Positions 7,282-15,320 of a stretch of DNA of 25,723 nucleotides are shown here, in pieces. Where the stretch lies: the NCBI GenBank assembly GCA_040900005.1, contig JBBDZV010000040.1:1-25723 (forward strand), read 5' to 3'. The notes beneath the pieces were generated by a model that made no database searches, was not told the origin of the DNA, and saw nothing but the letters and a program-made list of their open reading frames with translations. This DNA comes from Candidatus Saccharimonadales bacterium (lineage in GTDB: Bacteria; Patescibacteriota; Saccharimonadia; Saccharimonadales; UBA10212). Position numbers and translations under genes: made by a program. Each line of letters begins with the position of its first letter. Position 1 is the first letter of the stretch.

Positions 7282-7910
7282 TATTCAGCCCCCTCTTCTG
7301 TGGTAGCGGCTTTTTGAGCCTGCGCTACAGCCACAATTAAGTTCTTAACTGCCGTACGATAAGCCTTTAGAGCATCAATCTCTTGTTTGAGCAGGTCTTT
7401 AAAAACTAAAGCTGTGCCTTTGGGGTCCTCGGAATCGCATTTAAACTGCACATCGGACGATTGCAGTGAAGCAACTGCTGCTTCAGCGGCGGCCTTCTTG
7501 ACTTCGACTTGGGCTACCAGCTCATCGTAATTGTCGGCGGTTAGGCCCTTGTCGACATAGAAAGCTTTTACCCGGTCGGCGATTTTAGTGAACAAGACGA
7601 TGTGCTTTTCCCCCCGGTCGTTGATGCGGGCCATAATGTTTTGGATAGCCTTTTCGCGGTTTTGACAGGCTCGGAGCTTGGCGGCTTCCAAGCGGGTTTT
7701 AGCGGCTTCGCGCCGTTCTTCTACCTCGGCTTTGACAGCTTCTTTACGCTCGTTTGCGGTTGCTTGAGCATTTTCCCTCAACTGCTGGGCGTTTTGCCGG
7801 GCTTCCTCTGCCCTAGCCTTGTGGGTTATGGCAAAGGTTGGGGAGCCCACGGTTACAATAAATGCCCCCGCTGTCACTGCTATTAGTATCCGTTTGATTG
7901 ATAAACTCAT
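7281..7910 (-). CDS. Secreted or membrane-anchored coiled-coil hypothetical protein
   Basis: N-terminal signal/TM segment, long Ala/Glu/Lys-rich helical sequence, two Cys; its TAA stop overlaps the next ATG (TAATG). Confidence 0.8.
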   Translation of the reverse strand: MSLSIKRILIAVTAGAFIVTVGSPTFAITHKARAEEARQNAQQLRENAQATANERKEAVKAEVEERREAAKTRLEAAKLRACQNREKAIQNIMARINDRGEKHIVLFTKIADRVKAFYVDKGLTADNYDELVAQVEVKKAAAEAAVASLQSSDVQFKCDSEDPKGTALVFKDLLKQEIDALKAYRTAVKNLIVAVAQAQKAATTEEGAE

Positions 7911-7943
7911 AAATGCAAGTCTTCCTGTTTACTTGTACTTTTA

Positions 7944-7972
7944 AGCTTATAGTTAAAAGGGCAGTCAGTCAA
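7944..7972 (-). promoter_or_regulatory. Possible sigma70 promoter for the coiled-coil/mini-pilin pair
   Basis: TTGACT-N17-TAAGCT, divergent from ychF. Confidence 0.4.
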
Positions 7973-7986
7973 GTCCACTCCCTATC

Positions 7987-7995
7987 TGTTAAAAT
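7987..7995 (+). promoter_or_regulatory. Extended -10 element (TGTTAAAAT) for ychF
   Basis: 7 nt upstream of ATG 8003. Confidence 0.55.
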
Positions 7996-8002
7996 GGTAG
8001 GA

Positions 8003-9076
8003 ATGAGTTTGTCGATTGGAATCATTGGCCTGCCCAATGTGGGTAAGTCTACCTTGTTTAACGCTTTGACGGATAACGAAGTCTTGGCGGCTAACTACCC
8101 TTTTGCGACGATTGAGCCCAACACCGGCATCGTTCCAATTCCTGACCAACGGCTGGAAAAGTTGGCCAAGCTGTACAACACCGAAAAAATCGTTCCGGCA
8201 ACGGTTCAGTTCGTGGACATAGCCGGGCTGGTGGCTGGGGCCAGTAAAGGCGAGGGGTTGGGCAACCAGTTCCTGGCCCATATCCGTTCCTGCGACGCCA
8301 TTGTCCATACAGTCCGGGCATTCTCTGACCCCGATGTTCAAAACAGCGGCACCTCAGATCCAAAAAAAGATATAGATATCATCAATACCGAGCTGGTGCT
8401 AGCAGACCTGCAGACCGTGGAACGACGCCTGCCTCGACTGGAAAAAGAGGTCCGAGCCGATGCCAAACTGCGGCCGATGCTGGAGACGCTGAACCGGGTC
8501 AAAGAACTCTTGGACGGCGGCACTCCCCTTTCCAAAGCCGCCGACATTGATAAGGAGCATATCGCCGACCTGCAGTTGTTGACGGCCAAGCCGGTAATTT
8601 ATGTATTCAATGTGGACGAGCAAACTATGGCCGATGAGGCTAAAAAAAGAGAGTTGGCCGAGCTTGTTAAACCGGCCCAGGCGCTTTTTGTCTGCGCCAA
8701 GATAGAGAGCGAACTGCGCGAGCTGGATGAAACCGACCGAGCCGAGCTTTTAGCCAGCTATGGCCAAGCGGAAAGCGGGCTTAACCAGCTGACCCACGCC
8801 GCTTACGGTACGCTTGGCCTGCAAAGCTATCTGACAGCCGGTGAAAAAGAAGTCCGGGCCTGGACTATACGCCAAGGCTTCACTGCTCCGCAGGCCGCCG
8901 GTGTCATACACAGCGACTTTGAGCGGGGGTTTATTGCCGCGCAGGTGGTAGATTATGATGACCTTATTGCCGCCGGTTCGGAAAATACCGCTCGGAGCCT
9001 GGGCAAGGTCCGTACCGAAGGCAAAACCTACGTGATGCAGCCAAACGACGTCGTTGAATTTAGATTTAACGTCTGA
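8003..9076 (+). CDS. ychF: Redox-regulated Obg-family ATPase YchF
   Basis: GIIGLPNVGKSTLFNAL, ANYPFATIEPN, FVDIAGLV, GEGLGNQFL, HSDFERGFI, C-terminal DVVEFRFNV. Start moved to MSLSIGII (ATG 8003). Confidence 0.97.
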   Translation: MSLSIGIIGLPNVGKSTLFNALTDNEVLAANYPFATIEPNTGIVPIPDQRLEKLAKLYNTEKIVPATVQFVDIAGLVAGASKGEGLGNQFLAHIRSCDAIVHTVRAFSDPDVQNSGTSDPKKDIDIINTELVLADLQTVERRLPRLEKEVRADAKLRPMLETLNRVKELLDGGTPLSKAADIDKEHIADLQLLTAKPVIYVFNVDEQTMADEAKKRELAELVKPAQALFVCAKIESELRELDETDRAELLASYGQAESGLNQLTHAAYGTLGLQSYLTAGEKEVRAWTIRQGFTAPQAAGVIHSDFERGFIAAQVVDYDDLIAAGSENTARSLGKVRTEGKTYVMQPNDVVEFRFNV

Positions 9077-9916
9077 CTAAAGAGTAGCTTGGATGGCCCG
9101 GGCCAGCCCGGCAATATTTTTAGTCCCGACGTTACGAGTCAAGACCGACACAATCAGACTGCGGCCGTCGCCTAAACGGACTATGGCCGTATCGTGGTAT
9201 TCTACGTAGCCGTTGAAGCCGACTTTGTTATAAACCTTGGCGTTGGTAAAACCAACCGGCAGAGCCGAGCGGTAAATCTGACCCGCCAGTGAATCCAGAT
9301 AAGCTTTGCGGGAGACGTTGCTTAGCCCTTCCCCCCGTTCTATGCGGGCTAAAATGACGGCAGCATCGTAAGACGTCGTAGAAAGATTGTTCATATCGGT
9401 ATTTTTAAGACCGTAGGTCTTCAGCTGTTTGGTCAGTTGCTCGCGACCTAGTTCGGCCCACATCTTTTCGGCGCAGGGGCTGTGGGACTCACGTATCATC
9501 GTATCCAGGCATTTGCCGCGACTGTAGCCTCCCAGATATGGTTCGTCCAAACTATAGGTCTTATCGTCCACTTTTTGGTAGCCGATATACGCGACATAAA
9601 GTTTATAAATACTGGCGGCGAAGAAACTCTCTTCGGCACCGGCGGTCGCCAGAGTCCGACCTTGCTTATCCATCAGGGTCACACCGTAGGTACCGCTATG
9701 AACCGATACCCAGCCATCTACGGCAGCTTCCAGTTTGGCCTTGCTGAACTGCAGCGGGGCTTCTTTAGCCGGCTGTTTAACCTCAGCCCCCGGTTGTTTG
9801 GCAGTAGGCTGGGCAGGCGTGACCGGATTTGGTCCCAAGACCAATGCCAAAACGACTGTCAATGCGGTCAGGGCTATGGCCCACCAGCGGGCCTTAGCAG
9901 TCAGATTAATCAGCAC
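9077..9916 (-). CDS. Membrane-anchored serine hydrolase of the class A beta-lactamase/PBP fold
   Basis: AASIYK (SxxK), ESHSPCAE (SxN position), YNKVG (KTG position); N-terminal TM segment. Confidence 0.85.
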   Translation of the reverse strand: MLINLTAKARWWAIALTALTVVLALVLGPNPVTPAQPTAKQPGAEVKQPAKEAPLQFSKAKLEAAVDGWVSVHSGTYGVTLMDKQGRTLATAGAEESFFAASIYKLYVAYIGYQKVDDKTYSLDEPYLGGYSRGKCLDTMIRESHSPCAEKMWAELGREQLTKQLKTYGLKNTDMNNLSTTSYDAAVILARIERGEGLSNVSRKAYLDSLAGQIYRSALPVGFTNAKVYNKVGFNGYVEYHDTAIVRLGDGRSLIVSVLTRNVGTKNIAGLARAIQATL

Positions 9917-11147
9917 CTTCTTGCCCCAGTTTACGCATCGATTCGGCCCAATTCAGCCGCTGGTCTATAGCTGCCTGCAAAGTAGAATCGGCTTTACGGG
10001 TAATCCTTTTGTTGCCGCTGGTATTGCCTATGGCGTCGAACGTAAAGGAAGCCTTAACCTTACGAAGTCCCTGCTGCTTAGCCTCGGCTAAGCAGCTTTC
10101 GGACGAGGCTTGGCACTTGTCGGCCAAAGCCAGCCACTTTTTCAAGTTGTCGTCGTAGCCAAGGCTCATTTTGGCATCAATGCTGGCACCGCGCATGGTT
10201 TCAGCGTCAACCTGGTCAAAGATGAAGTTGCCGGTGGAATAAACTATCAGCTTGTCGTTATAGACCTCGGTGTTCTGCACCCAATGGGGGCTGTTGCCGA
10301 TTAAAAATTCTGGCGGGCCGGCATTGATAATCTTGTGGGCCAAGTCAACCTGGTTAGGCTGGGCCTGGGCCAGATACTCCGTACCGGCGTGCATAAAGGC
10401 AAAGACCGGCATAACGTTGGCGTACTGCTTCATAGCTTCTATCTCCCCGGCTTCGGGGCTGAAAGAGAAATAATGCCAGGCGCAGAAGGCCACCGGGAGC
10501 CTGGCTTTTTCAGCCTTGTTGGCGTCTTTGGTGCTCTTTATTTTGACTGGCAAGGCTATGACCTTGCAGATATCTTCTTTAACCCGGGGGCTATAGTTGC
10601 CTATGGGGGTGATGCCGGCTTTTTTAAGATGCGAGACGGTTTCTGGAAAGCCTTCGGCGCCCATATCGTAGGTGTGGTTGCCGGCCAAGTTAACAATTTT
10701 AAAGTATTTGGCCATCGTTGGCAGCCACTCCGGACGGCAGTTAAAGACCAGGTTGGCTATCTGGGCCTGGTAGCTGACCTGGTTGGTGGTGACCGGGCAC
10801 TCCAGGTCAGCCATCCAAGCATCATAAATATCGGGTTTGAAGGTAGACAGACCGCTAAACGGCTGATTATAGTCACCGCCGGCTTCTTTTTCCACGGCAC
10901 GCGCCAAAACTATAGTGCCGCTAAATAGGTATCGGCCGTCCAGATAGTTGAAGCTATCATCAGAAGATTGGTTCTGCTTAATCAATGTAGAGAGGTTGGG
11001 CGGCGGCGAGTCGTTACGAAAAGCCCAAACCGCACCCGCCAGACCGACTAAAGTCAGCAGGAATATCAGGGGTTTCCGCCAGCGGCGTTTAGGCCTCGGC
11101 GGCTGATAGTTGTTAACCCGATAGGTCTCCGGTCCTACTACTCTCAT
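9906..11147 (-). CDS. CapA (PGA_cap) family metallophosphoesterase-fold protein, membrane-anchored
   Basis: DLECP, NLAGNHTYDMG, FMHAGTEY, IGNSPHWVQ and YSTGNFIFDQ match CapA-family motifs; N-terminal TM after a basic stretch. Confidence 0.85.
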   Translation of the reverse strand: MRVVGPETYRVNNYQPPRPKRRWRKPLIFLLTLVGLAGAVWAFRNDSPPPNLSTLIKQNQSSDDSFNYLDGRYLFSGTIVLARAVEKEAGGDYNQPFSGLSTFKPDIYDAWMADLECPVTTNQVSYQAQIANLVFNCRPEWLPTMAKYFKIVNLAGNHTYDMGAEGFPETVSHLKKAGITPIGNYSPRVKEDICKVIALPVKIKSTKDANKAEKARLPVAFCAWHYFSFSPEAGEIEAMKQYANVMPVFAFMHAGTEYLAQAQPNQVDLAHKIINAGPPEFLIGNSPHWVQNTEVYNDKLIVYSTGNFIFDQVDAETMRGASIDAKMSLGYDDNLKKWLALADKCQASSESCLAEAKQQGLRKVKASFTFDAIGNTSGNKRITRKADSTLQAAIDQRLNWAESMRKLGQEGAD

Positions 11148-11186
11148 ACTATCCTTATTAAAGCAGAGTGCCCAAAATGCTGCTAC

Positions 11187-11906
11187 TTAAGCTTGGCTAA
11201 GTCGATAGAAGCGCTCCAGGTTGCCTTTGGTACCGGCTACCCCGCTATCCGCCTTGGCCCCAATGGTAAACCGTTGGTCTTTGGCCCACTGCTCGAAATC
11301 GCTTAGGATCTGTCGGCGGATTTTATCGTTTTTAACGATACCTTTATTGATTTGTTTTTCGCCGGCTTCAAACTGCGGCTTTAACATCGCCACAATCTGG
11401 GTATCTTTGGTGCCCAGGGCGGCTGCTGCGGGCAAAACTGCCCGCAGGCTTATGAAGCTGACATCTATAAGTATGATATTTGGTTTTATGGTCGGCTTAA
11501 AGTCACGGATGTCGGTTTTCTCATACAGTTCCAGCCTTTTATCACCCCGCAGGCTAGGGTGCATCTGGTCAGAACCTACGTCCACAGCTATTACCTGGGC
11601 GGCGCCGTGCTTCAAGGCGTAATCGGTAAATCCGCCGGTGCTGCTGCCGACATCCAAGACTATTTTGTTCTCAAAATCCAGCTTCAGCGCCGCAACCACA
11701 CTGGCTAGTTTTAATGCTGCTCGTGATACATACTGTTCGCTGACGCTCAAAGCTATCTTATGATCAGGGCGAATCGGGGTGCCGGCTTTTAGGATGGTCC
11801 TACCATTCACTGACACATAGCCAAGTTTGATGTAATGCTCTGCCTGGCTGCGGGTTGCCACCAGCCCGCGCTGAACCAAGGCTTGGTCAAGCCGTAGGTT
11901 TGGCAT
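11187..11906 (-). CDS. tlyA: TlyA-family RNA methyltransferase (S4 plus FtsJ-like domains)
   Basis: RLDQALVQRGL S4 domain, YVSRAALKL, LDVGSSTGGFTD, DVSFISL, LKPQFEAG, GTKGNLE. Confidence 0.93.
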   Translation of the reverse strand: MPNLRLDQALVQRGLVATRSQAEHYIKLGYVSVNGRTILKAGTPIRPDHKIALSVSEQYVSRAALKLASVVAALKLDFENKIVLDVGSSTGGFTDYALKHGAAQVIAVDVGSDQMHPSLRGDKRLELYEKTDIRDFKPTIKPNIILIDVSFISLRAVLPAAAALGTKDTQIVAMLKPQFEAGEKQINKGIVKNDKIRRQILSDFEQWAKDQRFTIGAKADSGVAGTKGNLERFYRLSQA

Positions 11907-12375
11907 TTAAAGCCACCTCCCCTACTACCTGCCGCATATGACGGGCTCGGTCGGTCTCGGCGATAAGATACAGCTTATCCACGTTTAGAATTTCGCCCAT
12001 CCTCAAACGCTGATGGGGCTTTTTGATGCTGATATGCGGAATGTAGCCGTCCCCCATATGCTCCATATGTTCAGGGACAAACCCCGCCGCCGCAAAACTT
12101 CCCAAAAGATGATTGTGGAGTGTCGTAACTTGCTCGGCGCTTAAGGGGTCTAAAAGATTTACCGGTTCCTCACTCAAGGAAGAAAGCTGACCGACTTTTA
12201 TTTTAAGAGGTTCAAGGTCGGCCAAGGTCTGGCGTAGAGTCTCCATAACTGTGTCTTTGGAACCATAAAACCAGGTTAGAAGGACCATGTGCTGGGGCCA
12301 CATTTGCAACTCCTCGGTCGGAACTAAGCCCGGAGTTAAATAAGCAACTGTGAATCTCTGACGCTCCATTTGCAT
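11887..12375 (-). CDS. 2H phosphoesterase (2'-5' RNA ligase superfamily)
   Basis: Two His motifs about 85 aa apart (WPQHMVL; YIPHISI). Confidence 0.75.
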   Translation of the reverse strand: MQMERQRFTVAYLTPGLVPTEELQMWPQHMVLLTWFYGSKDTVMETLRQTLADLEPLKIKVGQLSSLSEEPVNLLDPLSAEQVTTLHNHLLGSFAAAGFVPEHMEHMGDGYIPHISIKKPHQRLRMGEILNVDKLYLIAETDRARHMRQVVGEVALNAKPTA

Positions 12376-12379
12376 AGGG

Positions 12380-12943
12380 CTACTTCACTCTTTCTCGGTA
12401 GGTACCGCTGGCCGTATCAACGCTGATAAGGTCGCCTTGTTTTATAAAGGCTGGCACCTTAATCACCAACCCAGTTTCTAAAGTGGCGTCTTTAGTTATG
12501 GCGCTACTGGTATCGCCTTTTACGACGTTTTCGGTATATGTGACTTTTAGGGAAACGTTTTTGGGAAGTTCGATGCTAATGACCCGGCCATCAAACATTT
12601 GAGCAGTCACAATGTCGCCTTCTTTTAGGTAACTGTCTTTGCCTTCCATGTCGTGGGCGCTTACATTGAACTGGTCATAGTTCTCGGTATCCATGAAGTA
12701 GAATTGCTCGGCGGCACTGTATAAATACTGGGCACTGCGACCGCTGACATCGGCACTTTCTATCTGTTCGCTGCCTTTGAAGGTCTTGTCTAAGACTTTA
12801 CCATCTAGCAAACTCTTGATACGCACATTGACGATGGAGCCGCCGCGGCCCATCACTTTTTGGTTATAATCCATAACCTTGTATGGGACATTATCCAGCT
12901 GGAAAATAGTACCCTTTTTAAGGCTAGTGATACTCAGAGCCAT
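12380..12943 (-). CDS. efp: Elongation factor P
   Basis: LKKGTIF, KVMGRGGSIV loop, QYLY, LETGLVIKVPAFIKQGD, DTASGTYRER. Confidence 0.95.
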   Translation of the reverse strand: MALSITSLKKGTIFQLDNVPYKVMDYNQKVMGRGGSIVNVRIKSLLDGKVLDKTFKGSEQIESADVSGRSAQYLYSAAEQFYFMDTENYDQFNVSAHDMEGKDSYLKEGDIVTAQMFDGRVISIELPKNVSLKVTYTENVVKGDTSSAITKDATLETGLVIKVPAFIKQGDLISVDTASGTYRERVK

Positions 12944-12949
12944 TAATTT

Positions 12950-13153
12950 TTATCCGTTAGTTACGAATGGTAAGAGTGCAAGGTGGCGGGCGCGTTTGAT
13001 AGCACGTGCTAGCTGGCGCTGCTTGGACTCGGTTAAGCCAGTCTTCTTGCGCTGCTCAATTTGTCCGTACTGATTAACGTAGCGCTGCAGGGTCTTAAAG
13101 TCTTTGTAGTCAAAATAGGCTACGTCTGTCCTGTGTTTAAAAATTTTTGCCAT
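12950..13153 (-). CDS. rpsR: 30S ribosomal protein S18
   Basis: FDYKD...LQRYVNQYGQI...KQRQLARAIKRARHLALLPF; downstream of ssb, with an AAGGAG SD. Confidence 0.95.
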   Translation of the reverse strand: MAKIFKHRTDVAYFDYKDFKTLQRYVNQYGQIEQRKKTGLTESKQRQLARAIKRARHLALLPFVTNG

Positions 13154-13162
13154 TAGTTCTCC

Positions 13163-13642
13163 TTAAAATGGGATGTCGTCGAGATTTATAGGTTCGTCAC
13201 CTATATCCTCGATTACTACGTCCTCGTCCTTTTTCTTCTTGGATGGTTTCTTGCTATCATCGCTAGCCGATATGGCCGGTTCGTCGGCGCTCACGGGTGC
13301 TCCACCACCGCCGGGTGCTCCTAAGAAGGTCACATCCTGGGCAACGACTTCCAGTTTGTTTCGCTTTTGGCCGTCTTGTTCCCAGCTGCGGCTTTGCAAG
13401 CGTCCGCTGACCAACGCCGGACGGCCTTTGGTCAGATATTGGGCTACCCGTTCGCCCAGTCCCGCCCAGGCTACGATATCCACATAGTCGGTGGCCTCAG
13501 TCCAGCTGCCTTCGGCATTCTTGTAACTACGATTCAAAGCCAGGCTGAAACTGCATACACTTTGCCCGTTGGGGGTGGTGCGTAGCTCCGGATCCCTGGT
13601 TAAATTACCCATTAACACCACCTGATTAAAACTGCGTGCCAT
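13163..13642 (-). CDS. ssb: Single-stranded DNA-binding protein
   Basis: FNQVVLMGNLTRDPELRTT, GRLQSRSWEQDGQKR, acidic C-terminal LDDIPF. Confidence 0.97.
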   Translation of the reverse strand: MARSFNQVVLMGNLTRDPELRTTPNGQSVCSFSLALNRSYKNAEGSWTEATDYVDIVAWAGLGERVAQYLTKGRPALVSGRLQSRSWEQDGQKRNKLEVVAQDVTFLGAPGGGGAPVSADEPAISASDDSKKPSKKKKDEDVVIEDIGDEPINLDDIPF

Positions 13643-13655
13643 AGTTGCTTCTCCC

Positions 13656-14249
13656 TTATTCCTCTATTTTACTACCGCGGCGCGGTTTTGGCGTTTCTTC
13701 GTCAAGCGAATCTTCATCGCGGTCTTTGCGCTCCGTAGCTTTTTTGGCCTTTTCAGCCCTTAAGGCTTCGGCTTTGGCGATAGCCTTTAGGTCCGGTTTG
13801 GTAATTAAAAAGCGGATGATTTCATCGGTGATGTTAAAAGTTTGTTCAACTTTAGCGACATTTTCCGGTGGTATGTCTACGGTATAAAAGACATATACGG
13901 CAAAGTCTTGTTTAACTATCGGGTAAGCCAGTTTGCGTTTGCCCCAATTGTCAGTTTTTACAATCTTGCCTTTGCTTTCGGTAATGATTTTTTCTACTTT
14001 GCCAGTAGCCTTTTCCAGGTCTATTTCTAGATCAGGATGGTATAGCACGGCTATTTCGTACTGACTCACCGAACTACGCACCGTACTGGCCTGCCCACCA
14101 GCTGAGCTGGTGGCTCCGCCTGTACTTCCTGACGCATTGCTGCCTTCCTGACTGCGGTGCTCACTCGAGGTACTATCTCGTACATCTTCTTTGCGCTCGA
14201 CACGTGCAGCGCCTTGCTCTGCATCAGGCTGCTTAGCTCGTGCACTCAT
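13656..14249 (-). CDS. rpsF: 30S ribosomal protein S6 with a probable 60-aa N-terminal extension
   Basis: QYEIAVLYHPD...NWGKRKLAYPI...IIRFLI core. ATG 14249 has an AAGGAG SD; an alternative GTG start at 14069 would give a standard N-terminus. Confidence 0.9.
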   Translation of the reverse strand: MSARAKQPDAEQGAARVERKEDVRDSTSSEHRSQEGSNASGSTGGATSSAGGQASTVRSSVSQYEIAVLYHPDLEIDLEKATGKVEKIITESKGKIVKTDNWGKRKLAYPIVKQDFAVYVFYTVDIPPENVAKVEQTFNITDEIIRFLITKPDLKAIAKAEALRAEKAKKATERKDRDEDSLDEETPKPRRGSKIEE

Positions 14250-14353
14250 TATGAACTCCTTCTTTGGCTTTGCCCGCACAAACTTTTTAGGGAAAGTTTA
14301 GGTGGGTACAAGCTGGGTGCCTATATGAGTCGCCCCAACCTGAAGTTAAGTTA

Positions 14354-15154
14354 TTACGCTGCTAATTCTACCCCATCCACCTCTGTTTGTAAAGCTAAGT
14401 CTGACAGCCGAGTATACATCCTTTGTATATGCCCTTGGCGAGTTGTTTCTCTTCCAAAGGCATTTTGAACTAATTGATGAACTGACTTAGGAGCATCTTG
14501 CCGCAGTAAGTCATCTCTTTTGGCCTGCTTATACGGCCTAATCCAAGGCTGGACCGCATTAACTACAGCCGACCCGATTAATTTATTCCCAAAATGAAAT
14601 CTGTATGAGCCATTTGGCGTTGAGAGAAAATTATCGATATCTCGGGAATCAAATTCGCCTTGACCGTTATCTAGTAAATACTCGGCAAAAAAATCCTGAA
14701 TTTGAGAATAAGAGCCAACTCTCAGCTCCCCCGACCGTAACCGTTTCATTTCTTCGGGCTTAATTTTGCGTTCGATTGGATAATTTTTAGAGAGGTCAAT
14801 ACCGTACTCTGGTATATAATCAGCCAGCATCATGATAAGATATCCGAACTGTTGGGCCTTAGTTTCGGGAAGTAACGGCCCTTCATATGTTCGATGATAT
14901 ATAGGATGAATACCTGTGTCGTCAGGTACCTCATTAGCTTCATTTAGTAGGGCGGCTGTTCCTCCCGGTCCTTCTACTAACTGCATACGGCTGCACCTTA
15001 CAGCCATCCCGCCTGTATCTTGAAGTAACTCATGGTCCTTGGGGTGGGCGGCATGGTGCCAACTATGAATCCCCTCTAAGCCATTAGGCAGCAAAGGGAG
15101 GGCAATGGGTATGCCGGTCCGTTCATCTACGGGCGTTTCTCTAAGTCTGATCAT
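14354..15154 (-). CDS. Hypothetical protein with His-rich motifs (possible His-Me finger nuclease-like fold)
   Basis: 266-aa ORF with its own promoter; motifs WHHAAHP, SRMQ, IHPIYH, YEGPLLP, DYIP. Confidence 0.75.
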   Translation of the reverse strand: MIRLRETPVDERTGIPIALPLLPNGLEGIHSWHHAAHPKDHELLQDTGGMAVRCSRMQLVEGPGGTAALLNEANEVPDDTGIHPIYHRTYEGPLLPETKAQQFGYLIMMLADYIPEYGIDLSKNYPIERKIKPEEMKRLRSGELRVGSYSQIQDFFAEYLLDNGQGEFDSRDIDNFLSTPNGSYRFHFGNKLIGSAVVNAVQPWIRPYKQAKRDDLLRQDAPKSVHQLVQNAFGRETTRQGHIQRMYTRLSDLALQTEVDGVELAA

Positions 15155-15167
15155 TTACTTTCCCGTA

Positions 15168-15196
15168 GAAATAAAAATCCGCGCCTGATAGCGCGG
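15168..15196 (-). terminator. Intrinsic-terminator-like hairpin inside the orphan gene's leader
   Basis: CCGCGC-UAUCAG-GCGCGG followed by AUUUUUAUUU, ending about 14 nt before ATG 15154. Confidence 0.6.
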
Positions 15197-15289
15197 GTAC
15201 GTGTCGTCTAGACAATTCAACAGTAGAGGTTTTTGCTAGTCCCTCTGGCATAAGAAACCTTTTATCATTTTTGTTTACCTCTGGCTCAA

Positions 15290-15318
15290 ATTGTAAGAAG
15301 CTTGTGCTTAAATAGCAA
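15290..15318 (-). promoter_or_regulatory. sigma70 promoter for the 266-aa orphan
   Basis: TTGCTA (15313-15318)-N17-TACAAT (15290-15295), immediately after the ftsK stop. Confidence 0.6.
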
Positions 15319-15320
15319 GC

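Noticed and set aside
9077-9916. Antibiotic-resistance beta-lactamase call
   Set aside because: The fold is shared with many PBP-like hydrolases, and the SDN/KTG motifs deviate; resistance cannot be inferred.
14120-14160. SRP (4.5S) RNA suggested by two GTCAGGAAG copies and GCAGCA in the rpsF extension
   Set aside because: The CAGG-stem-GNRA-stem-AGCA spacing of SRP domain IV is not met, and the sequence is in an open frame.
15215-15250. preQ1-I riboswitch suggested by an AGAGG...CCUCU stem
   Set aside because: The loop lacks the UUC-type ligand-pairing motif, the A-rich 3' tail is missing, and the downstream gene is not queuosine-related.
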